A stretch of 19,998 nucleotides of DNA, from contig CBDURU010000064.1 in NCBI GenBank assembly GCA_965369865.1, positions 1 through 19,998 on the forward strand, written 5' to 3'. The position numbers and the translations under genes were made by a program. Shown here piece by piece: positions 8,078 through 16,547 of the stretch; within the stretch, counting starts at the first letter, position 1, and the number at the start of each line of letters is the position of its first letter. The stretch comes from an uncultured bacterium (lineage in GTDB: Bacteria; JAJVIF01; JAPKYR01). A model generated the notes under the pieces. The model did not search any database, was not told the DNA's origin, and worked only from the letters and a program-made list of their open reading frames with translations.

Positions 8078-9633
8078 GGACGACAGAGAGCTTTCTGAAG
8101 TTAATAAAAATCCGGATGGGTATCATAAAAATAAATATTTTCCTTATCCTGCTTGCGCTGGTATCCGGTCTTGTGATAACCGGCTGTAAATCCGAAAGTG
8201 GAATTGAATTCCCGCATAATCTGACTGTATCCATCGACGGCAAGGCTGGCCTATGCATACCTACGGAAATTGACGTGGGACCGGGCGGAGGCGTTTTAAT
8301 TTCCGGGTTTTTCGGCGGTTATCCCGAGACCGATCCAGGTCCGGGGACTGAAGTGTGGTTTGGGAATTCCACGTATGCAAGCCCGTTTGTAAATAAATAC
8401 GATCCGCAGGGGAATCATAAATGGTCCCAGTTCGCACTGGATGAAACAACCGAATCGTACTGGCACAGCATCGATGTCGATCGCAACGGGAACCTTTATG
8501 TGGTTGGAAGCGAATTGAATGTTGAATTCATCGGACCCACCCAAATTAATGGAACCGATCCAAGCCTCGGTATTGCAAGACAGGCAATCCTGATTAAATA
8601 CCATCCCGCGGGTAATGCCATCTTCAAACTCAGATGGGGACTTCGCGCTTACGGCTCGGGTGATTGTGTGGGCAACGATGTCCTGGTCGACCGGTCGGGC
8701 AGTATTTATGTCACCGGCAACTACTATGGCAGGGCGGACTTCAATCCCAGGCAGGGGAGGCGTTTCAAGGACCCCCCGTCAAGAGGCCGTAATTGCTACC
8801 TTAGCAAGTTTAACGGCGGCGGGCAGTTGCTATGGACCAGAACATGGGGCGGGATTTCCGATACCGATACAGCCATCGCTATAGAAATTGATATGGCAGG
8901 GAAGGTGTACGTGGTCGGTTGCTCAGGAGAATACGGTAGCGGTTTGATAACCGATTCAGGCCGGGAAATTCTGCAGCCACAGGATATTGGCGGTCCGGGC
9001 TCCTGGTTGATTCAGTTCACCAAACAGGGCAACTTTAACTGGGCACAAGCCTGGGGGGGACCCGGGGAGGAGGACAAGGTCAAACCGATTTCGCTTGCGG
9101 TATCGGAATTCGGCCAGATCCATGTCCTTGGATGTTTCCAGGGCACTATGGAACTCCCCTCGCTTAGTGATGGCAATGAATTCGAGTCCGGAAGCGAATG
9201 GGACGACTATCTTCTCGCGTTCGATACCATGGGGACGAAACTGTGGGTAAGGACGTGGCGCAGGGACAATTTTGTCGATGGCTGGGGAATGACCCTGGAC
9301 AGCCGTGGAAATGTTTACTGCCTTGGTAATTACAACGGCTCGGTTGAATTCGGCACTACAGCCGACGAGAAGCTGATTTCATCCGATAACGAAATCCGCG
9401 GCTATCTATGTAAATTTAACCGGCACGGTGATTTCGAGTGGGTTCGGGACTGGTCGAATCCGATCTATGCAATCACCGCCACACCGGATGATCTCGCGTT
9501 CATTATTGGAAGGTGCAGGGCTCCCCTTCGAACCGGCGATGATGATGTGATCAATCCTGCACAGTCTGTCCGTTTAACGGAAGCCTTCATAATGACGGTA
9601 ATGCTGGAAGATTCGGAAGAGCGGGAAGACTGA
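8074..9633 (+). CDS. SBBP-type beta-propeller repeat lipoprotein
   Basis: Signal peptide ending VITGC; repeats IDVDRNGNLYVVG, VDRSGSIYVTG, YLSKFNGGGQLLWTRTWGG, LDSRGNVYCLG. GTG start overlaps the upstream TGA (GTGA); ATG 8116 is an alternative start. Confidence 0.88.
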   Translation: MRTTESFLKLIKIRMGIIKINIFLILLALVSGLVITGCKSESGIEFPHNLTVSIDGKAGLCIPTEIDVGPGGGVLISGFFGGYPETDPGPGTEVWFGNSTYASPFVNKYDPQGNHKWSQFALDETTESYWHSIDVDRNGNLYVVGSELNVEFIGPTQINGTDPSLGIARQAILIKYHPAGNAIFKLRWGLRAYGSGDCVGNDVLVDRSGSIYVTGNYYGRADFNPRQGRRFKDPPSRGRNCYLSKFNGGGQLLWTRTWGGISDTDTAIAIEIDMAGKVYVVGCSGEYGSGLITDSGREILQPQDIGGPGSWLIQFTKQGNFNWAQAWGGPGEEDKVKPISLAVSEFGQIHVLGCFQGTMELPSLSDGNEFESGSEWDDYLLAFDTMGTKLWVRTWRRDNFVDGWGMTLDSRGNVYCLGNYNGSVEFGTTADEKLISSDNEIRGYLCKFNRHGDFEWVRDWSNPIYAITATPDDLAFIIGRCRAPLRTGDDDVINPAQSVRLTEAFIMTVMLEDSEERED

Positions 9634-9729
9634 ATACGCTATCCAGGGAACTGAATTAAAGGTCCCATTAAAACTAAAATCAATTAATACCGTACTCCGA
9701 CAGCTTGGAATTATCCCTGAAAAATCAAC

Positions 9730-9758
9730 GCGCCGGTCGGGTCTCGACCGGCGCCTTT
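9730..9758. terminator. GC-rich hairpin between convergent genes (probable terminator, possibly REP-derived)
   Basis: GCGCCGGTCG-GGTCT-CGACCGGCGC is a perfect 10-bp stem followed by CTTT, between the stops at 9633 (+) and 9842 (-). Confidence 0.65.
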
Positions 9759-9841
9759 GTTCTATGTCTAAGAACTCCTGGCCCAAAATTAGTCTAAGAA
9801 ATACACATCAGAGTCAATTCGTTATATGAATAACCGGGTTC

Positions 9842-11896
9842 TCAGTATTCAAATACAGTTGCTACCGTTGCCAGTGACGAATCGTAGCTGGTTACGTGAA
9901 TCTCCCAGTCACCATCATCGGTATCGAGGAACTTAACTTCATGCTTTGGAAGTGCCGGTTCACCGGCAAGAGGATCGCCGATTGATTCAAGGAACGCACC
10001 TGTTTCAGCATTATAAAGAAGCACTTCACCGTTGATACTGCTGTCCCAGCCAATATATGAGATCAGGACTGCAAGGGTCGGTGCACCGGGATTGAGTTCA
10101 TAATCGTTGTTCACAGGTAGAATCTCAATATCGCGAGCTGAAACTTCCATATCATAATTATGGAACTGATCAATATTGATGGTCAGGATGTGCCATGACA
10201 TATCATATGCAGTTCCGGGAGCGGTATCAAAAACTCTGAAAACCTCGACCTGGTCCATCCAGCCGTCCTTCTCCAGAATATAAACGGTCGCGGTGTCCAG
10301 ATCCCCAAGCTTCGGATGCTCGTACTGGCCTTCGATAACATCGATTCCGAGGATTTCGGCGTTATTCACTTTACCTGATCCAAAGCCGACAAACATGTCG
10401 AGATTTCCATGGAATTTAAGTTTATCCCATGTGTAAGTATTGGGCATGGTACCCATCAGCACAAGGTCATTAACCTCATAGGATACGTCGGAAGTGAAAA
10501 CCGCGTACTGGCCAAGCTCGAAGTCGTCGCAGACGTCGATCGGATGCGGCAATGCATCGATCATTTGATCGTCGTAGTAACGGCTGTCCATCGGCATCGG
10601 GCCGGTGTACATCTTCGGAGTATTGTCGAGAACGGTCCAGATTTCAGCATAAGGGATGCTCGTGGTAGGTGTCGTGAACCAGTCCGACCAGTTGGAATTG
10701 GTGAAACTGAACGCGCCATCATCGGCGGCGTCGATTCTTGTGATCGGATATGTTTTGTACTCTTCATCCGGTCCGGCAAGTGTGCTGACCGTGTTTACGT
10801 AGTAGTTCCATGCTGTGTAGTAAGGCTCGTACTTGATAACCGCATCGCAGTTAAAGAGGTTATTTGAAGGCATCACAATGTGGCTGTCCCTTGGTCCGCC
10901 GGGATCGGCGATAACACCAAGGTCGAGGCTGCATCCATCGTGAGTGAGCGGATAATCGGTTCCGTGCCATGTGCCGGGTGTGGCAGTGTCAGCAATCACT
11001 TCGATGTCAATGAAGTCATAAAGATTGTCACTGGTTGCAAAGGAGTCTGAGATTATGAGGCATTTATAAATCCCGACAGGTGCACCCATTGAATTGACAA
11101 CGTTCGCTGTATAGTTATCCAGGCCGGCTGGTGAAAGTGAAATCATACCGCCGGTGATCGGGGTGGTGTCGACTGATACGGCGACGATGTTGTTCTGGTG
11201 ATCCAGGGAAGTAACGGTGATTACGGCCGGGGTCGTTGAGTTGATGGAATTAGAAACAGTCTGGTTTCTAATTTCATATGGATCTTCACAGTTACTGGGG
11301 TATGAACACTCAATCAGAAGTGATGCAGGTGGAAAAGGACCGGGCACAGGAGCCTGGAATTGGAGTTCCTCAGTTAAAGTGATTCCGCCGCCCCATGTTC
11401 GGGCAGGAACGGATGTGCCATAAGCGACAAACGGATTTACGACGCCGGGGCCGTATGGATTGAACAGCATCGTGTAATCATCAAGATTTAACATTTCCCA
11501 TCCGCTGCCGGGAGGGGTGAGGAGGAGGGCCCGAAGATCGTAGATGTCATAAACCGTGGGGTTTTTCATCGACAGATCGAATATGAGCAATCCTGTTAGC
11601 GGATCCCAGGATGTAATAGAAAATATCGAATGGGGTCCGACGGCTACGGTGATGTTGTAATGCGTATCCGCGTTACGATTTTCTACAAAATCAACGGTCC
11701 CGGTTTCAGGGTCTATTACCAGATCGAAAGCGGCAATTACCTGTGAACCCTCAATTAATTCTGCACCATGAGTGATCGGTTCAGAATTATCGATTGATGG
11801 TATAGCGGGATTGGATTCGGGGCTGCCGCATCCAAATGCGGTAAACAGCACTATTAATGAAATAAGCATTAGCAGGGGGGGTTTTTTGTTAGACAT
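9842..11896 (-). CDS. Lipoprotein: divergent copy of the conserved N-terminal module + acidic beta-rich C-terminal domain (684 aa)
   Basis: Start reassigned to ATG 11896 (GGAG 7 nt upstream; MSNKKPPLLMLISLIVLFTAFGC signal and lipobox). Motifs HYNIT, YDLRALL, NLDDYT, VNPFVAY, SNCEDP, DHQ and NSMGAPVGIY align with the other two family members. Confidence 0.88.
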   Translation of the reverse strand: MSNKKPPLLMLISLIVLFTAFGCGSPESNPAIPSIDNSEPITHGAELIEGSQVIAAFDLVIDPETGTVDFVENRNADTHYNITVAVGPHSIFSITSWDPLTGLLIFDLSMKNPTVYDIYDLRALLLTPPGSGWEMLNLDDYTMLFNPYGPGVVNPFVAYGTSVPARTWGGGITLTEELQFQAPVPGPFPPASLLIECSYPSNCEDPYEIRNQTVSNSINSTTPAVITVTSLDHQNNIVAVSVDTTPITGGMISLSPAGLDNYTANVVNSMGAPVGIYKCLIISDSFATSDNLYDFIDIEVIADTATPGTWHGTDYPLTHDGCSLDLGVIADPGGPRDSHIVMPSNNLFNCDAVIKYEPYYTAWNYYVNTVSTLAGPDEEYKTYPITRIDAADDGAFSFTNSNWSDWFTTPTTSIPYAEIWTVLDNTPKMYTGPMPMDSRYYDDQMIDALPHPIDVCDDFELGQYAVFTSDVSYEVNDLVLMGTMPNTYTWDKLKFHGNLDMFVGFGSGKVNNAEILGIDVIEGQYEHPKLGDLDTATVYILEKDGWMDQVEVFRVFDTAPGTAYDMSWHILTINIDQFHNYDMEVSARDIEILPVNNDYELNPGAPTLAVLISYIGWDSSINGEVLLYNAETGAFLESIGDPLAGEPALPKHEVKFLDTDDGDWEIHVTSYDSSLATVATVFEY

Positions 11897-12214
11897 GGCG
11901 ATTCTCCAGTTTTTCCAGTGTAGGATTTTTGTACTGCCACATGTAATGCAACCCCTGTGCCAATCAGACCCTTCCCCTGATCCAAAGCCTGTAATTAAGC
12001 ATGAATAAAGGGATAGAGGGGTTTTCATAATTCCAGAAGTTTATCTTTGAATTAAAATATTCCTCCACAAACCTCTTACAATAAGAGGAATTTACCTTGA
12101 TTTTAACTTAGAAATCAGGCGGGGATATGAGGATATATCAATTTGACCGATCCGGTTTTAGCTGTTAATGTCATTCCTGACCCGGTAAATAATATCTATG
12201 AAGGAGAGTAATAA

Positions 12215-12421
12215 ATGGCTACTTTAAAGATCATTGAACTCATGGGCTCGTCCCCGAACAGTTGGCAGGAAGCGGCTGGTAATGCGCTCAATGAAGCTAC
12301 AAAAACTGTGAAGAACATCACCGGTCTCGAACTCCTGAACACGAATGCCAAGGTCAAGGACGGCAAAATTATTGAGTACCGTGCGCAGGTCAAAATCGCG
12401 TTTATTGTCGATGAGAATTGA
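12215..12421 (+). CDS. Dodecin family protein
   Basis: 68 aa, KIIELMGSSPNSWQEAAGNA...KT...VKDGKIIEYR..VKIAF; AAGGAG RBS. Confidence 0.93.
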   Translation: MATLKIIELMGSSPNSWQEAAGNALNEATKTVKNITGLELLNTNAKVKDGKIIEYRAQVKIAFIVDEN

Positions 12422-12575
12422 TGGAGAATTCGCCGACGATCCCAGGTATTTTGCATTATTTTGAGTGGCGTCGACAAGCTGAGTGAGACATAAGGATGAT
12501 CCAGGTTTAGTTACTGTCCGGGTCGAACGTGCTTGCCGACGATGTAAGTAACTGCACATTTATGGAGGAATCTTA

Positions 12576-14309
12576 ATGCGTCTGAGTCGCTATCTCGTAC
12601 CCACGTTAAAGGAAATCCCCGCCGAGGCGGAGTCTCTTTCGCACCGTCTCATGCTTCGCGCGGGACTGATCCGACAGCTCACAGCCGGGGCGTATTCCTA
12701 CCTCCCGCTGGGCTGGCGGGTGCTCAGAAAAATCGAACAGATCGTCCGCGAGGAAATGGACGCAATCGGGTCGCAGGAATTGTATCTCCCAGCCCTGCAG
12801 CCGCTCGATATCTGGAATGAAACCGGACGCGCCGACGTGATGGACGAGATCATGTTCAAGTTCCAGGATCACAAGGGTCGCTGGATGTGTCTCGGTCCGA
12901 CGCACGAGGAAGTGATCACCGATATCGCACGCGCGTATGTGCACTCCTACAAAGACCTCCCGCAGCAGTGGTACCAGATACAGATCAAGTTCCGCGATGA
13001 GGTCCGTCCACGGGGCGGTTTGATCCGTACGCGGCAGTTCACGATGAAGGATGCGTATTCGCTTTCAACCAGCCAGGAAAACCTCGATGACTGGTACATG
13101 AAAAACCGGCAGGCGTATTCGAACATATTTACACGAGCCGGACTACGTTACTTTATTGTAGGGGCGCATTCGGGTCCGATGGGAGGTTCGGGATCGGAGG
13201 AATTCATGATCCCTTCGGATTCCGGCGAAGACATGATAATTATCTGTGATGATTGCGGGTATCTCGCGAATCTTGAAATCGCCGCGAGCAAAATCAATCA
13301 CCGTGAAAAACTCGACATTCCCATGGAGGATGTTGAAACCCCGGAGAAGCGTACTATCGAAGAGGTTGCGGGATTTCTCGGCGTGCCGGAATCCGAAACC
13401 ATGAAGAGCGTCATTTATATGCTTCTTCCGGACGAACAACCACTGCTTGTATTGATCAGGGGAGACCTCGATGTTTCGGAAGCCAAGCTTGAGGTGGCTT
13501 TGAAAGGACAGGAGTACCGCCCGGCGCATCCCGAGGAAATCAAGGAAATGAGCGGTGCGGAGCCGGGATTTATCGGACCTGTCGGGCTGATAAAAGACGA
13601 TATTCGTGTCATTATCGATGATTCCATACCTGACGGGGTTCCATTCATCGGCGGTGCGAATAAGGATAATTTCCACACGAAAGGCGTCACCCGTGGACGG
13701 GATTTCGATGGTGAATCGGCCGACCTGAGGGTAGCTCGCGAGGGGGATCAGTGCTCGCATTGCGACAGTGCGTTAAGGCATGAGAAAGCGATTGAGGTGG
13801 GCCACATTTTTAAACTTGGCACGAAATACTCCGACAGCATGGGCGCGATGTACCTCGATGAGAACAATGTCGAGAAGCCGATCATCATGGGCTGCTACGG
13901 AATAGGAATCGAAAGGATCATGGCGGGCGCGATCGAAGTGAATTCGGATGAGAACGGCATTATCTGGCCGATGAGCATCGCTCCATATCAGGTGATCATC
14001 CTGCCGCTCGATAAACGTAACGAGGAAATCTGGGAAAAAGCGGAGGAAATTTACGGGAAGCTGTGGGACGCGGGGATTGAGACATTGCTGGACGACCGTG
14101 ACGCGTCGCCCGGATTCAAATTCAAGGACGCCGACCTGTTCGGGATTCCGATACAGATAATCCTTGGAAAACGCGCGCTTGGGAGTGGCAATGCCGAGGT
14201 GAAAGTGCGAAAGACCGGGGAGCGTACGGATGTGCCCCTGGAATCGCTTATGAGCGATCCTGTCGCAGCCATGCCATGGCTGAATGATCCATCGCTGAGC
14301 AGGCCATAG
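12576..14309 (+). CDS. proS: Proline--tRNA ligase (bacterial type with INS editing domain)
   Basis: SHRLMLRAGLIRQ, LGPTHEEVIT, YQIQIKFRDEVRPRGGLIRTRQFTMKDAYS, IEVGHIFKLGTKYS, MGCYGIG, anticodon domain LLDDR..PGFKFKDADLFGIP; GGAGG RBS. Confidence 0.99.
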   Translation: MRLSRYLVPTLKEIPAEAESLSHRLMLRAGLIRQLTAGAYSYLPLGWRVLRKIEQIVREEMDAIGSQELYLPALQPLDIWNETGRADVMDEIMFKFQDHKGRWMCLGPTHEEVITDIARAYVHSYKDLPQQWYQIQIKFRDEVRPRGGLIRTRQFTMKDAYSLSTSQENLDDWYMKNRQAYSNIFTRAGLRYFIVGAHSGPMGGSGSEEFMIPSDSGEDMIIICDDCGYLANLEIAASKINHREKLDIPMEDVETPEKRTIEEVAGFLGVPESETMKSVIYMLLPDEQPLLVLIRGDLDVSEAKLEVALKGQEYRPAHPEEIKEMSGAEPGFIGPVGLIKDDIRVIIDDSIPDGVPFIGGANKDNFHTKGVTRGRDFDGESADLRVAREGDQCSHCDSALRHEKAIEVGHIFKLGTKYSDSMGAMYLDENNVEKPIIMGCYGIGIERIMAGAIEVNSDENGIIWPMSIAPYQVIILPLDKRNEEIWEKAEEIYGKLWDAGIETLLDDRDASPGFKFKDADLFGIPIQIILGKRALGSGNAEVKVRKTGERTDVPLESLMSDPVAAMPWLNDPSLSRP

Positions 14310-14439
14310 ATCACGGGAAAACCAATTCCACTTCAAGAAATATTTGCGGGTGCGTTTCCTTTCCGGCGACGGGTTTGTATAATATCGATCGGAAAGGTTC
14401 AGAGCATTTACAGAAAGAACATGCCGGGAGGAAACCTCT

Positions 14440-15579
14440 GTGAGAATAACAAGCGTAATACTTGCAGCCACGCTACTTACGATACCGCTCTTGTTCGGAA
14501 GCTGTTTCGCGAGAGCAAAGCACGAGTTGACAAACAATCAAACTGAATCTGCCGCCACTGAATCTAGCGATCAGCCTTTGTTCTGGGTTGAGATAAATGG
14601 CAAATGGGGCTATATCGACAAGACCGGAAAGGTTGTTATAGAACCACAATTTGACCATGCTCGATACTTCTCCGAGGGTCTCGGGGCAGTGAAGATTGGG
14701 CAAGGGGAAACAGGCAAAATAGGTTTTATCGACAAGACTGGGATGATTGTCATCAACCCGCTGTTCAGCTCAACTGGTTGCTTCTCCGAGGGTCTTGCTC
14801 CAGTACAGGAATGGGGTACAGGAATACTTGGTGAGGATGGTAAATGGGGTTATATCGATAATACTGGTAACTACATCATAGACCCGCAGTTCGACCATGC
14901 TGATGGCTTCTCCGAGGGTCTCGGCGCAGTTCGGATTGGGGGTTCAGGAGAACATGGCGAGGGTGGCAGGTGGGGCTATATTGATAATACTGGTCAGTAC
15001 ATCATAGACCCGCAGTTCGATGCCGCTAGGGATTTCTCCGAGGGTCTCGCTGCAGTTCGGATTGGTGGTTCAGAAATACTGGACGAAAGCGGCAGATGGG
15101 GCTATATCGACAAGACTGGGAAGTTTGCCATCAACCGGGTGTTCGATGTTGCTTGGAATTTCTCAGAGGGTTTAGCCGCAGTGCTGATTGGGGATGAGGA
15201 AACAGGTAAGTATTGCTATATTGATAATACTGGTCAGTACATCATAGACCCTCAGTTCGATGATGCAGAGGATTTCTCCGAGGGTCTCGCAGACGTGATG
15301 ATTGGGGACAGGTGGGGCTACATTGATAATACAGGGAGGACAGTCATCGACCCGCAGTTTATTGGCACTATTGGTTTCTCCGAGGGTCTCGCAGCCGTGA
15401 TGATTGGGGACAGGTGGGGCTACATTGATAATACAGGGAGGACAGTCATCGACCCGCAGTTTATTGGCACTCTTGGTTTCTCCGAGGGTCTTGCGTGGGT
15501 GCTAGTTTGGGATAGTGAGACTGTCAAGCTGGGCTATATCGACACAACTGGGGAATATGTCTGGGAGCCTACGAATTGA
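14440..15579 (+). CDS. WG-repeat (KWG/WG_beta_rep type) exported protein, probable lipoprotein
   Basis: GGAGG RBS and GTG start; signal with LFGSC; 9 WGYID.TG-type motifs and 8 FSEGL motifs. Confidence 0.93.
   Translation: MRITSVILAATLLTIPLLFGSCFARAKHELTNNQTESAATESSDQPLFWVEINGKWGYIDKTGKVVIEPQFDHARYFSEGLGAVKIGQGETGKIGFIDKTGMIVINPLFSSTGCFSEGLAPVQEWGTGILGEDGKWGYIDNTGNYIIDPQFDHADGFSEGLGAVRIGGSGEHGEGGRWGYIDNTGQYIIDPQFDAARDFSEGLAAVRIGGSEILDESGRWGYIDKTGKFAINRVFDVAWNFSEGLAAVLIGDEETGKYCYIDNTGQYIIDPQFDDAEDFSEGLADVMIGDRWGYIDNTGRTVIDPQFIGTIGFSEGLAAVMIGDRWGYIDNTGRTVIDPQFIGTLGFSEGLAWVLVWDSETVKLGYIDTTGEYVWEPTN
15273..15491 (+). repeat. 102-bp near-perfect intragenic tandem duplication (2.1 copies)
   Basis: 15273-15374 and 15375-15476 match at 100/102 nt; a third copy starts at 15477-15491. 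Confidence 0.95.
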
Positions 15580-15654
15580 TAGGAGTGCCGGGTTCCGTTC
15601 TAACCTGTCCCCGATGCGAACCTGCAATAAAAAGGAATATTCCGTAGAATTACA

Positions 15655-15734
15655 CCGTAGAACAGCACGGAAGTGCGTCCTTCTTTTTTTCAATCATAAA
15701 ATATTTAAAAACGCACTGCCGTGCGGTTCTACGG
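15655..15734. repeat. REP-like inverted doublet (REPIN-like)
   Basis: CCGTAGAACAGCACGGAAGTGCGT (15655-15678) and the reverse complement of 15711-15734 (CCGTAGAACCGCACGGCAGTGCGT) match 22/24, with a 32-nt AT-rich spacer. Each arm is GTAG followed by an imperfect palindrome. Confidence 0.7.
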
Positions 15735-15755
15735 GAAACTCATTTTTAAATTCAA

Positions 15756-16547
15756 TCACTTAACCGTAATCTGCATTTTCTGGCGGAGGTTGAATACGGC
15801 GCGGGAGTGTATCTGGCACACCCTCGATTCGGAGATTCCCAGCACCGCCCCGATTTCTTTCAGTGTAAGTTCTTCTTTGTAATAAAGGGCAATTATCCGG
15901 CTTTCTTTTTCGGGAAGCTCTTCAATCGCCATCGCCATGAACTCCAGAAGATTCTGCTTCTCAGCCTCATCGTACGGGTCAGGCGCCTTAAGCGCGAGGT
16001 TCTCGCCGACGGTCGAGCCTGACCCGTCCTCGTCCTCGTAGAGCTCTTTCTCAAGGGATAAAATAAATGAATTGCTGCTTTTCCATAGGTTGTCGGATAT
16101 CTCTTCAACCGTGGCACCCATCACCTTGGCAAGATCGGCGACTGTAGGGGTTCGACCGACCCGTTTCTGGAAATCTTCGGATGCCCTCTCAATTTCAGCT
16201 GCCCGTTTTCTCAAAGGACGGGAGAGAAGGTCCTGCTTGCGGAGGTAGTCGATTATCGCGCCTCGGACACGGATCGAAGCGTAGGTTTCGAATTTAACAT
16301 TTTTAGAGGGGTCGAAATTATCGAGAGCGTTGAGAAGCCCGATGATTCCCTGGTGTTCGAGGTCTTCACGGTCGATATGCGGTGGAAGGTTGATAGCGAT
16401 ACGTCCGTAGATGTAATTGACGAGGTAGAGGTAAGAAATCGATAGCTCTTCACGAGCCTCGAGATTTCCATCCTTGAGGAACTTTTTCCATAAACGCTCC
16501 AGCTTTAAGGCCCGAGCGAGGTTTTTTACATCAGTTTCAAGTGGCAT
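15756..16547 (-). CDS. fliA: FliA/WhiG family RNA polymerase sigma factor (sigma-28)
   Basis: LPPHIDREDL..GIIGLLNALDNFDPSKNVKFETYASIRVRGAIIDYLRKQD (region 2); LYYKEELTLKEIGAVLGISESRVCQIHSRA (region 4). Confidence 0.96.
   Translation of the reverse strand: MPLETDVKNLARALKLERLWKKFLKDGNLEAREELSISYLYLVNYIYGRIAINLPPHIDREDLEHQGIIGLLNALDNFDPSKNVKFETYASIRVRGAIIDYLRKQDLLSRPLRKRAAEIERASEDFQKRVGRTPTVADLAKVMGATVEEISDNLWKSSNSFILSLEKELYEDEDGSGSTVGENLALKAPDPYDEAEKQNLLEFMAMAIEELPEKESRIIALYYKEELTLKEIGAVLGISESRVCQIHSRAVFNLRQKMQITVK

Noticed and set aside
11897..12028. 44-aa N-terminal extension of the 728-aa ORF
   Set aside because: The downstream ATG at 11896 has an RBS and directly begins a canonical lipoprotein signal peptide.
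12422..12575. T-box riboswitch upstream of proS
   Set aside because: No GGTGG.ACCGCG-type T-box sequence or terminator, and the gap is short.
12606..14537. Minus-strand ORFs of 87-254 aa
   Set aside because: Antisense to proS; explained by codon bias.
15273..15476. Diversity-generating retroelement TR/VR pair (both mismatches at A)
   Set aside because: Only two mismatches, both copies are adjacent coding repeats within one gene, and no reverse transcriptase or Avd gene is in the window.
14590..15555. CRISPR-like periodic repeats
   Set aside because: The repeats are in-frame coding WG units with periods of 102-126 nt, the intervening sequences are homologous to each other, and there are no cas genes.
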